Source of the DNA: Patescibacteria group bacterium
Lineage (GTDB): Bacteria; Patescibacteriota; UBA1384; XYA2-FULL-43-10; 1-14-0-10-43-13
DNA length: 64,000 nucleotides
NCBI GenBank assembly: GCA_041666325.1
Contig: JBAYHC010000004.1
Location: forward strand, 64,929 to 128,928
Reading direction: 5' to 3'
Part shown: positions 56,101-64,000 of the stretch, piece after piece
Numbering within the stretch: the stretch's first letter is position 1
How the letters are laid out: each line of letters opens with the position of its first letter
Notes under the pieces: model-generated
Databases searched by the model: none
What the model was told of the DNA's origin: nothing
The model's input: only the letters and a program-made list of their open reading frames with translations
Program-made: the position numbers and the translations under genes

Positions 56101-56700
56101 GCAACGCAAAAGATATTAACGCGCGCAAATCAGAATATGGTATTCGCTCGATTCGAGGACCGAACAGGCAATGTTGAGGTCTTGGCCTTTCCCAAGGTTC
56201 TCGAAGCGAATCCCATTCTTTGGGTAACTGACAAAATTGTTGCTATCGATGGATTCGTATCATTCAAGGACGGCGCCCCCAAAATCCTCGCAGAAACGAT
56301 TTTCGAGCTTTCTGACAACATTACAATTCCACCCTTCGAGACAAGAAGCAAAAGATCTCGGGGCTTCGGCGGCGGCAAGAATGGAGGCTCCTACGGGTCA
56401 AGTGGATCATACGGACAGAGCGGTAATACCGGAAGCACCGCAACCAAGTCGCCGGCGCCGGTGTTTGTTCCACAATTTTCCTCCCCTCTGGTCGTCACCA
56501 TTCCCTCTGGCTCTGACCGATCTGTTCTCAATGAGATTAAAGCTATCCTCGAGAAACATCCGGGAAGTTCAGGTGTAACTCTCAAGATCCCCAACAATGG
56601 CTCCGGACACAAGGAACTCAAACTTAAACAAAAAATTGAGCCTGCCCCGGTGGTCCTGCGCAAGCTCAAAGAACTCGTCGGCAACGAGAATGTTGTATAG
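53131..56700 (+). CDS. dnaE: DNA polymerase III subunit alpha
   Basis: PHP HLHVHSHFSMLDG, RGSAAG, PDIDAD, KMDFLGL, FAGYGFNKAH. Confidence 0.98.
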   Translation: MDDQEKKFVHLHVHSHFSMLDGMGKIPDLVAKAKAEGQHALALTDHGVMHGSIEFYEECEKQGIKPLIGVETYVAARTLRDKTPRIDAHPYHLVLIAKNDEGYRNLLKLTSIAHLEGYYYKPRIDKETLRQHSKGVIGLSACLQGEVTRKSLESLDKAREALKEYLEIFEPGDFYLEVQKHPSIREQETANANIFTLAKEFNLKVVATCDTHYVNKEDAIAQDALICLQTGRLLSDTNRMSMADDDYSLMTTDQMLANFPDNPEVITNTVEIADKCSLTMELGKFKFPEFPLPEGETYESYLRKLIDERLPQRVGEITPSMRERLEYELDVIKQKGYLGYFLIVQDFFNWAKEHGIPTNTRGSAAGCFVSYAVGITPKQLNPLDYNLPFERFLNPFRPSAPDIDADIADSGRDAIIQYVSDRYGKDHVAQIITFGTMAARMAVRDVGRVLGMTYNEVDIIAKLIPPMKTTLDQALENIAELKSLYNSDGHVRQCIDIARKLEGVVRHASVHAAGVVIAPEDITNFTPVMMDAKNERLITQYEMHAVGEDGVGLIKMDFLGLANLSIIQNALRIIRKTRGTEINLDEIPLDDKKAFELLSRGETIGVFQLESEGMRKNIKELRPTSIHDIMAMVALYRPGPMAFIPEYIARKRNPARIVYPDARMEKILAKSLGLIVYQDDVLMIAIELAGYNWQEVDKFRKAIGKKIIKEMAAQKEKFFKQIIERGMQQEVATELWAQIETFAGYGFNKAHAASYGIVAYQTAYLKANYPPEYMSALMTSNKDDLDKLAMEIEECKRMGIEVMVPSINESFVDFGVVKDTNNVRFGLSAIKNVGQAVAEAIVEERKNGGNYKDLKDFVTRLDSKVINKKSLESLVMAGAMEDLGERAELLFNMEKILAFASIFHKNKSAGQSSLFGDSTEVQIGDIPLEATRPADQKQRLAWERELLGMYISEHPLSNIGPLLEQARTKALSEIKENLENQFVRVSGIITATQKILTRANQNMVFARFEDRTGNVEVLAFPKVLEANPILWVTDKIVAIDGFVSFKDGAPKILAETIFELSDNITIPPFETRSKRSRGFGGGKNGGSYGSSGSYGQSGNTGSTATKSPAPVFVPQFSSPLVVTIPSGSDRSVLNEIKAILEKHPGSSGVTLKIPNNGSGHKELKLKQKIEPAPVVLRKLKELVGNENVV

Positions 56701-56723
56701 GGAAAATAAAAAAAAGGGTCACG

Positions 56724-57056
56724 CTAAGCGTAACCCTGTGGCGTTTTGCCCTTCTCCCTGTCTCGGTGAAAGAACAACATGGATAAGGCAAGTAGAAAAA
56801 TCAATCCCATCACTACATCTGCGATGTATGTGAACAGCCTCATACTAAACCCGAAATACCAAATATTAAGGCCTGCAGTGACAGCTATCACCTGAATGAC
56901 TGACAAGGCAAATACTTTGAAGCGGCATTGTCTGGGTAGCGTCCCGGCCAAAGCGTGTAGGGTGAGCAACAGTATCATCGCCAGCAATAGAAGGAAAACA
57001 ATGCCAGCAATCCGTTGTAATCTTGCTGGCGTCCCAGAGATGATGGGCCAAAGCAC
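56724..57056 (-). CDS. hypothetical membrane protein
   Basis: Three hydrophobic segments; start uncertain. Confidence 0.5.
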   Translation of the reverse strand: MLWPIISGTPARLQRIAGIVFLLLLAMILLLTLHALAGTLPRQCRFKVFALSVIQVIAVTAGLNIWYFGFSMRLFTYIADVVMGLIFLLALSMLFFHRDREKGKTPQGYA

Positions 57057-57130
57057 TATTGCAGCAAAAATGAGTGCTGCGATCGGATGAGCGTATCCGC
57101 GTAAAATAGAACGGACTTCGCTATTGATAT

Positions 57131-57454
57131 CTATTCTCCATTCATCCTGCGGAGTGCATCTGCGGAACGTCGTGCAAATTGCCGCGGATTACAGTCAAGG
57201 ACCAAAGCCAGCAAGCACTTCGTCGACAATGCCCTGATTTCATCGCTGCACTCTCCCAGACCTTCCAACACGGACTCAAACGCCACGCGCATTTCGCTGT
57301 CGTCCCTCAGGCGCAACAACGCCCGCGTATCCAGTGAAGCTTCGCTGCTGATCTCCCCGCCAAGCTCAACCTCAACAAGAAAAGCGTCTTCAAGCGGCAG
57401 GGAGACCTCATCGTCTAGCCACCCCACGCGAACCTTACCAGTCGCACCGTTCAT
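57131..57454 (-). CDS. hypothetical protein
   Basis: 107-aa ORF with GGGAGA SD. Confidence 0.5.
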   Translation of the reverse strand: MNGATGKVRVGWLDDEVSLPLEDAFLVEVELGGEISSEASLDTRALLRLRDDSEMRVAFESVLEGLGECSDEIRALSTKCLLALVLDCNPRQFARRSADALRRMNGE

Positions 57455-57604
57455 ACTCGCTCTCCCTTCCGGATGGTATCGCTCACCATTGAAGCAGTGA
57501 AATTATACAACAAAACCGCCATTATTTCAATAGCGGCGAAGACATCACGAGCAATTTTTAACAGTGAGTCACTACGCGGGGCCCGACGGATCAAACAAGG
57601 AGGG

Positions 57605-58087
57605 CTATTTAGTACCAACTATCAACTGCTGAACCGCATACGGGTTGGCAACATTTCTGATAATGATCTCGCTGCCAGCAGTAGCACCAGCCGTACGAAC
57701 AACCAGATCACCATATTTAAAAACTGTGCGCAGCAAGCCGGACGTACTAGAGGAGATATCTTGAATATTCGAAAGCTCTGTCTCAGTTATCTTTTTGCGT
57801 AAATAACCGCCCTGATCAATGTTAACAATCCTCATATTGGTAACAATAAGGTTACTGCGCGAAAATAAATAATATGAACGAGAAAAGATGCCTATCCCAA
57901 CTATACTCAGGACAAATGCAATTAACCCAGAATACTCATTGGACCAAAACCAGACGAGCGCAACAGCCATAGCGAGAACAACAACCAGCTTTATCCCTGG
58001 CCCAAATAAAACAAAGGGGTGGTTTTTCACCACGGCAAGAATTTTCTCGCCCGGCTTCTGGCCATCAAATTTGAATTCTTCGTTCAT
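57605..58087 (-). CDS. PH-domain (bPH) membrane protein
   Basis: GQKPGEKI, two TMs, IVTNMRIV, IQDIS, YGDLVVRTAG. Confidence 0.85.
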   Translation of the reverse strand: MNEEFKFDGQKPGEKILAVVKNHPFVLFGPGIKLVVVLAMAVALVWFWSNEYSGLIAFVLSIVGIGIFSRSYYLFSRSNLIVTNMRIVNIDQGGYLRKKITETELSNIQDISSSTSGLLRTVFKYGDLVVRTAGATAGSEIIIRNVANPYAVQQLIVGTK

Positions 58088-58093
58088 GCGTCA

Positions 58094-58247
58094 GTTCGTA
58101 AAGTTCTTAAAGTTTATAAGGTTCATAAAGTGATGTCGCAATTCAATGCCCATTGCTCTTATATTAAGGCATCCAATCAGTAACAAGTGCCGAGTTGCTG
58201 GTTGCGATTAACTTTATAAACTTTATGAACTTTTCACTTTATGAACT
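58094..58247. repeat. inverted pair of 9-nt tandem arrays (GTTCATAAA / TTTATGAAC)
   Basis: GTTCGTAAA GTTCTTAAA GTTTATAAG GTTCATAAA facing ACTTTATAA ACTTTATGA ... ACTTTATGA. Confidence 0.75.
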
Positions 58248-59332
58248 ATGTGCTTGGCGCGATAATTCAATACCTTGATCAAGATTATCAAAAGAACCAC
58301 AAGAACAAAAGCGCTCACTACCTTATTGAGTGTCTTCAATTGAAGCGCAAACGCACCAAACACTCCCGAGATGATATAGAGAACGATGATTGATTGCCTC
58401 ACGGAAAAACCTGCCTGCAGAAATCGGTGATGTAAATGAGTTTTATCAGGAGTTGTCAGTGGGTTCTCACCGCGCATGATCCGACCCCCCGCCACAAGAA
58501 TACCATCGATAATCGGGAAACCAAGCACCAGGAAGGCAGTTGCCAACTTGCCGCCAGAGATGATAGCCAAAACACCGAGCATAAACCCCAGGAACATGCT
58601 GCCGGAATCACCCATAAATATCTTGGCTGGCGGAAAGTTCCAAACCAAGAAACCAGCCGTTGATCCAGCAAGAATTGCAGCAAGTAGTGCTGTGGCTGGC
58701 TGGCTGACTTCGACACTGACAGACAGGAGCAATATTGTCACGGCGGCAATGGTAGATATGCCCGCAGCCAGACCATCGACCCCATCAACAAAATTAATAA
58801 CGTTCATCATTCCCACGAGCCAAACAAGCGTAAAAAGGTCAGACCACAAAGAAAAGTGGTAAGACACACCGTTTATCTTCATGATGGGAATGTAAACAGA
58901 GTTTAGGTCGATGGCTAGGCCGAAGGGATTTGATATCTTGTCGATACCAACACCCGCAGAGACAACAATGGCTACCGCCAAAATCTGAAAGAATACCTTC
59001 TGCCAAACTTTTAATCCCCTCACGTCATCAACTAGCATTGAGAGAACAATAACAAAACCAGCAAGCCAGATGCCAACCAGATGCTTATCAACGCCAAACC
59101 ACAAGCCGGGTCCAAATTTAAGAGTAGGATTATCGATCAAGAATGTGATCGCCGAAACAACAACGAAGGCAGCAAAGAAGCCTACGCCACCGATCCTCGG
59201 TGTCGGCTTCTTGTGAACATCCCGTGCACGGGGAACAGAAAGAAGACCAGCAGAAAGCCCAATCTTCCTCACTATTGGGGTCAAAACAGCCGCAAGCAGA
59301 AACGAAGATATTAAGGGAAGAAAATATGGCAT
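58223..59332 (-). CDS. WecA/TagO/MraY-family undecaprenyl-phosphate sugar-1-phosphate transferase
   Basis: PTPRIGG, VDD, NFVDGVDGL, IFMGDSGS, DKTHLHHR. Confidence 0.93.
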   Translation of the reverse strand: MPYFLPLISSFLLAAVLTPIVRKIGLSAGLLSVPRARDVHKKPTPRIGGVGFFAAFVVVSAITFLIDNPTLKFGPGLWFGVDKHLVGIWLAGFVIVLSMLVDDVRGLKVWQKVFFQILAVAIVVSAGVGIDKISNPFGLAIDLNSVYIPIMKINGVSYHFSLWSDLFTLVWLVGMMNVINFVDGVDGLAAGISTIAAVTILLLSVSVEVSQPATALLAAILAGSTAGFLVWNFPPAKIFMGDSGSMFLGFMLGVLAIISGGKLATAFLVLGFPIIDGILVAGGRIMRGENPLTTPDKTHLHHRFLQAGFSVRQSIIVLYIISGVFGAFALQLKTLNKVVSAFVLVVLLIILIKVLNYRAKHIVHKVKSS

Positions 59333-59414
59333 AAAAGACTATAAGCTAGTAGGAAATGAGCCGGCAAGCAAGGCACGGCAAAGACGCAAACCGCCCGCTT
59401 GAATTTATTATTAA

Positions 59415-60026
59415 CTAAAACATTGCCTTGTGCTCGCTTCTATCGTAGTCGTGTATCTCCTCCTCGGAAAACCAATGGCCAATTTCATGTTTGGCTTCAC
59501 CCACTGTTTCAGATGCATGGATAAGGTTCTTGATTGCTCGCTTGCTCAGATTAGCGGCAGCAGGAGAGTCAACAGAGTAGTCGCCACGAATAGTGCCAAT
59601 ATCCGCTTTGGCCGGAAGAGTAGAACCGGTAATCTTTCTGACCATGTCAATCGCATGCACACCTTCGATCACCATGGCTACAACAGGGGCATCGGCAATA
59701 TAATCCATGAGCCACTGCCGTACTTGCTTGCCAGCTTCCTTCTTGTCGTCTGTCCCCATGACTTCCTTTGGATCAATCCCGTGTTCTGCGAAAGTATTAA
59801 ACCCCTTCTCTCCCAAGCGTTCAATCCAAGAGTCGTCTTTAGGATAGTGCTCATCGACATGTTCAAGAGAAGGCTTTACCATCTTCATGGCGATTATCTT
59901 TAGCCCACGCTGCTCATATCGCTTAATAATCTCGCCGGTCAAGCCACGCTCTACACCATCGGGCTTAATCATAACAAATGTGCGTTCAAGAACAATTTCT
60001 GGGACAAGATCCTTCAATTCAGACAT
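59415..60026 (-). CDS. ndk: nucleoside-diphosphate kinase
   Basis: ERTFVMIKPDGV, GTIRGDY, NLIHASE. Confidence 0.96.
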   Translation of the reverse strand: MSELKDLVPEIVLERTFVMIKPDGVERGLTGEIIKRYEQRGLKIIAMKMVKPSLEHVDEHYPKDDSWIERLGEKGFNTFAEHGIDPKEVMGTDDKKEAGKQVRQWLMDYIADAPVVAMVIEGVHAIDMVRKITGSTLPAKADIGTIRGDYSVDSPAAANLSKRAIKNLIHASETVGEAKHEIGHWFSEEEIHDYDRSEHKAMF

Positions 60027-60127
60027 GGAGACTCCTTATTAGACTAAAGAACGCAAAAACAAACTCTTAGTACAAATCTTTTGAAGTGTATTGTTCTTCA
60101 GCTATTACTGTTATATCACAATCAATA

Positions 60128-61393
60128 TTAAATCTTAAAGATTTGGTTAAGATCTTTTTCCTTGAGCGCGGGTCCAATGTAAGCAAGGCTCATGCGATTG
60201 TCCAAGATATATTTCTTTGCAACTTCGGTGATATCTTTCACCGTCACTTTTTCATAACGCTCTAGGATTTCCTCTGGCGTCAGTGTTTGGTTCGCCACTA
60301 TCTCAGAAATGGCATAATGAGTAGCCAAGTCAAGCGAATCCTCAAAAGAGATAAGAACTCGGCCAGAGATCATCTCCTTTGCCCTTGCGAGCTCAACTTC
60401 TGTTACTCCGCCGTCCCTGATCTTGGCGTATTCTGAAATCACCGCCCTGACTGTTTCCCCGACCTTGTCGTGAGGAACGCCAACCTGAGTTTCAATTGAT
60501 CCAGCGTCGCTGTAGCCGGAAACTGACGTTCGAACAGCATAGGCCAAGCCTCGTTTTTCCCTAATTTCAGCAAACATCCTGGAACTCATGCCGCCGCCCA
60601 ATATAACACCGAGAAGTTTAAGTTTGTATCTATCAGGGTGGGCATAAGCAGGACCATGAAAACCAATAACCATGTGTGACTGTTCTGTCTTCTTGGAACA
60701 AATCAGATGGCTCTTGGCCTGATTTACGATTAATGGCGGAAGATCAATGGGCGTTGATGAAGGAAGGGGAAACATCTCCTCAATCATGGCCATTAAGTCC
60801 TCCCTGGAGTACTGACCAAAATTACCGGCGATAACGATAATTGTGTTCGGCCCGGTGTAATACGAAGACTTATAATCCTGCAAACTCTTCGAGGAAACAC
60901 CTGAGACGGTTTGCTTGTAGCCAATGATGTCTCGGCCAAGAGAATTGTTGCCGAAGAGGCTCTCTTCGAATTTGCTATCAACCATCTCCGAGGGAGAATC
61001 TTCGTACATGTTGATCTCTTCAATGATTACATTTTTCTCACGAGCAAGCTCCTCCTCTTTCATAACGGAGTTGATCACGATGTCGGACAAGAAATCAAAC
61101 GCATCCCGAAGATGTTTTGGCGCAACCTTGACGTAGTAACCCGTGTACTCCTTGCCGGTAAAAGCATTGTGCTCTCCTCCGATCGATTCGATGAATTCAG
61201 CGACTTCAATAAAAGTGGGCCGTTTCTTTGTGCCTTTGTAATGCATGTGTTCTAGCACATGTGAAATGCCCGCGTTTTCCTCTGATTCATAGCGACTTCC
61301 CACCCCAAACATTGTCATTATTGTGACGACTTTTGTTGCATTATTTGGCGCAAGTATGACCTTGAGACCGTTCTTTAAAATTTCCTTCTGCAT
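60128..61393 (-). CDS. M16 (pitrilysin) family zinc peptidase
   Basis: GISHVLEHM inverted HxxEH, NAFT, LGGGMSSRMFAEIREKRGLAY. Confidence 0.95.
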   Translation of the reverse strand: MQKEILKNGLKVILAPNNATKVVTIMTMFGVGSRYESEENAGISHVLEHMHYKGTKKRPTFIEVAEFIESIGGEHNAFTGKEYTGYYVKVAPKHLRDAFDFLSDIVINSVMKEEELAREKNVIIEEINMYEDSPSEMVDSKFEESLFGNNSLGRDIIGYKQTVSGVSSKSLQDYKSSYYTGPNTIIVIAGNFGQYSREDLMAMIEEMFPLPSSTPIDLPPLIVNQAKSHLICSKKTEQSHMVIGFHGPAYAHPDRYKLKLLGVILGGGMSSRMFAEIREKRGLAYAVRTSVSGYSDAGSIETQVGVPHDKVGETVRAVISEYAKIRDGGVTEVELARAKEMISGRVLISFEDSLDLATHYAISEIVANQTLTPEEILERYEKVTVKDITEVAKKYILDNRMSLAYIGPALKEKDLNQIFKI

Positions 61394-61465
61394 AGATTTA
61401 TCTCAAAATTAAAAACTCAAACCCCAAAACCATTGTAGCGCATCTCTACTCACTTAGGGAAATTT

Positions 61466-61752
61466 TGGTACCCGCGACAGGACTTTCACGTCGCCCTGCT
61501 CCCTAGGAACCCACGGTTCCTAGTGTCCTCCCCTAGCGGGAAACTCCCGTTTCCCGACCCCTTCCCAGGTTCAAACTCTTCATCGCCAGAAAACAAAAAT
61601 CACCTTTCGGTGATAATATAGGCCCCTCGACAAGCTCGGGGTCATTCGACTTCATGCCACGAATAAACAAGAAGGCATTTTAAAATATGGCTTGCCATGA
61701 GCGAAATCCCGATTTATCGGGATGGAGTCGAATGGTACCCGCGACAGGACTT
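61466..61752 (-). repeat. tRNA-Arg-linked structured element with duplicated tRNA 3' end
   Basis: 20-bp direct repeat TGGTACCCGCGACAGGACTT at 61466-61485 and 61733-61752; 32-bp core at 61537-61568 shared with the tRNA-Gln element. Confidence 0.85.
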
Positions 61753-61809
61753 GAACCTGTGACCTTCAGATCCGCAATCTGACGCTCTATCCAACTGAGC
61801 TACGCGGGC
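61733..61809 (-). tRNA. tRNA-Arg(GCG)
   Basis: Reverse complement GCCCGCGTAGCTCAGTTGGATAGAGC, TCAGA-TTGCGGA-TCTGA, GGTTCAAGTCC, CCA. Confidence 0.95.
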
Positions 61810-61814
61810 AGACA

Positions 61815-61900
61815 TAGCAAGTAAGCACATAAGCAGGTAGGCTAATAAGCAAAGGCTTGCAAACACAGCTTGTCACAGGCTTACCAGCTTACCAACTTAA
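61815..61900. repeat. inverted pair of degenerate 8-nt tandem arrays
   Basis: TAAGCACA TAAGCAGG TAGGCTAA TAAGCAAA facing GCTTACCA GCTTACCA. Confidence 0.65.
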
Positions 61901-61910
61901 TTCTTACAAA

Positions 61911-62411
61911 CTAGAATCTTAGTATTCTGTTGACCATATCCATTAAATCTTCGCCTGTGGGTTCGGTCTCCGGCAAATACTTTTTCAAATAAATGCGGAC
62001 CTGGCTAATATCAACGTTCTTTAAGGGCAGGGCAACCTCTCCGCCAAATTGCCCGACCTGAACTAAACGAACCTTTGGAAGCTCAGACAGAGCAAGGCTG
62101 AACGATTTGAACTCATCGAAACGATAAACCCTGTCGTTCACAACGATTCCATCCCGATAGATAGCACACTTTACAGTGCGCGGATGCACGCTCGACAAAC
62201 TGATAAGAGCAATTGTCCCAGCTATCGTAACAATCACCCCACTCAAGAGACCGGACAGGTAGAGGACGACCGCCATAGCCACAGCAACCACAACTACTGC
62301 AGCATACCACCCATTGCTCTTTGAGTGATGAACATATTCTGGTGAATCCCAAGAAAAAACAGGATATTCACCGTCACCATCAGCACGAACTTTTGTCTTC
62401 TCAAGAGCCAT
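61911..62411 (-). CDS. conserved hypothetical membrane protein (two TMs plus PH-like domain)
   Basis: FSWDSPEY...WY, two TMs, GIVVNDRVYRFDEFKSF, C-terminal ILRF; AGGAGG SD. Confidence 0.8.
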   Translation of the reverse strand: MALEKTKVRADGDGEYPVFSWDSPEYVHHSKSNGWYAAVVVVAVAMAVVLYLSGLLSGVIVTIAGTIALISLSSVHPRTVKCAIYRDGIVVNDRVYRFDEFKSFSLALSELPKVRLVQVGQFGGEVALPLKNVDISQVRIYLKKYLPETEPTGEDLMDMVNRILRF

Positions 62412-62552
62412 TTCCCTCCTTGAAGAATTGGAAGTAATACTATTTGGTCCTACCCAACTCTATCATACAAATGCTCTGCGCGAATCGCATCAAACCTATT
62501 TATTAACTGGCTTGTTATAAGCTTGCCGAATCCCCTGCACCTTTAAATATAG

Positions 62553-62645
62553 TGGCGGAAGGTGCGGGATTCGAACCCGCGTGGCGGCTTTTAAACCACC
62601 GACGGTTTAGCAAACCGTTCCCTTAAGCCTCTCGGGCAACCTTCC
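62553..62645 (-). tRNA. tRNA-Ser(GCT)
   Basis: Reverse complement GGAAGGTTGCCCGAG, ACGGT-TTGCTAA-ACCGT, long variable arm, GGTTCGAATCC, GCCA. Confidence 0.95.
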
Positions 62646-62986
62646 GTAGCATCGACTTTCAAACACAAAAAAACATTTTGATTAGTGCCGTCCGCTCTAA
62701 ATCCGGCTTTTCTAGATCACTCTATCAAAAAAACTCAATAAAATCTACCCCGCTCCTCAACGCTAGAACGTCCAGAATAATTTAATTAATGATAACTGAA
62801 AACTATCTTTTGTCATCCAGAGAAAATAATTTAAGACAGGGCCAATGCACCTATCCCCCAGGTATTTTATTAATCTTTAATCAATGTTACAATCGTCTAT
62901 GAACAAACTCGGGCGCACTACAGCACATTATCACGATCAATTAAGGACAGACAGTTGATTTAGTTACTCACAGGAGAACCGTTTCA

Positions 62987-64000
62987 ATGAAAAAATTACT
63001 AGTATTCATGGTTGCGCTGCTTGTTAGCATAAGCATTTTTTCGTCCTCTCAAGTGGGGGCAGCAAATACGGTAAATATATATTTTTTCCGCGGAGAGGGC
63101 TGCCCTCACTGCGCCAAAGAAGAAATTTTTCTCGAAGAGCTTAAGTCAAGATACCCGAGCATGAAAGTGAGTGACTATGAGGTCTGGTACAACAAGAACA
63201 ACCAGGAGCTGCTAACAAAAGTCGCCGAGAAATTGAACGTCAAGGTTTCAGGTGTCCCATTTACTATTATTGGCGATAAAACATTCTTTGGTTTTTCCGA
63301 GTCAGCCACCGGCCCGGCGATGGAGGCACGGGTCAAAGAAGGGTTAGAATCAACTTTGCCTGATTCGGTTGCTGACACGATTAAAGCTGAAACGTCAAAA
63401 CCAGTGGCTGACCCTCAGCCCGAACCAGGAGCTGGCAGTTTACAGCCCATACCCATGGCGCCAGACCCAAAAAGTGAGGATAATTCAGAAGATAACTCCA
63501 TAAAACAAAACGACATACCAGACAGCGTGCAAGTTCCCTTTATCGGAGATATTAAAACTAAGAATCTATCTCTGCCACTCCTGGCAGTAGTATTCGGTAC
63601 GCTGGACGGATTTAATCCCTGTGCTATGTGGACCCTAATTTTTCTTATTAGTCTGCTCATAGGCATGAACGACAGAAAAAGAATGTGGATACTGGGAAGT
63701 GCCTTTATTATCGCTTCTGCATCCGTCTACTTCCTTTTTATGGCAGCCTGGCTCAACCTCCTGCTCATTATCGGCCTTGTCACCAGTATTCGAGCGTTAA
63801 TCGGCCTTGTCGCCCTTGGCGGAGGTGGCTTCAACATCAGGGAGTACTTCAAGAGCAAGGAAATTGCGTGCAAGGTGACCAACCACAAAAAAAGACGCCG
63901 TATTTTTGAAAAACTCAAAGAGATCACTCTGGAAAAAAAGTTTCTACTAGCCCTGGGTGGAATTATCCTCTTGGCAGTTGCAGTCAATCTGGTTGAGCTT
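62987..64000 (+). CDS. exported glutaredoxin/thioredoxin domain fused to CcdA/DsbD-like membrane domain (runs off window)
   Basis: Manual translation: signal peptide MKKLLVFMVALL, GCPHCAKE, GVPFTIIG, then GTLDGFNPCAMWTLIFL and several TMs. Confidence 0.88.
   Translation, partial: MKKLLVFMVALLVSISIFSSSQVGAANTVNIYFFRGEGCPHCAKEEIFLEELKSRYPSMKVSDYEVWYNKNNQELLTKVAEKLNVKVSGVPFTIIGDKTFFGFSESATGPAMEARVKEGLESTLPDSVADTIKAETSKPVADPQPEPGAGSLQPIPMAPDPKSEDNSEDNSIKQNDIPDSVQVPFIGDIKTKNLSLPLLAVVFGTLDGFNPCAMWTLIFLISLLIGMNDRKRMWILGSAFIIASASVYFLFMAAWLNLLLIIGLVTSIRALIGLVALGGGGFNIREYFKSKEIACKVTNHKKRRRIFEKLKEITLEKKFLLALGGIILLAVAVNLVEL

Overview
Bacterial chromosome segment whose gene content and style (three TrmB paralogues, a type IV pilus cluster without a secretin gene, tRNA-Arg(GCG), stand-alone receiver domains, many diverged orphans) suggest a CPR/Patescibacteria genome; the taxon is inferred. 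Housekeeping genes: dnaB, dnaX, dnaE, gltX, gmk, ndk, rplS, rpmA, a tandem-domain ddl, a WecA/MraY-family transferase, M3/M16/M50 peptidases and four tRNAs (Glu-CTC, Gln-CTG, Arg-GCG, Ser-GCT). The best novelty candidate is a PilB/GspE pilus-extension ATPase whose N-terminus is a full HU/IHF-like DNA-binding domain, heading a pilB-C-M-N-O-(P) cluster next to a PAS histidine kinase and three output-less receivers. Next is a small structured element downstream of two different tRNA genes, with an identical 32-bp core, a covarying hairpin and a second copy of each host tRNA's 3' end. Also notable: an exported protein with 16 KEPVII-type hexapeptide repeats, a STAS plus atypical-Fic gene pair, a radical SAM/SPASM enzyme with a possible peptide-recognition tail, a probable PyrF pseudo-enzyme, and three families of intergenic palindromic or short-period repeats. 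No CRISPR array, rRNA, integrase or transposase was seen. All family calls come from motif recognition by eye, not from database searches.
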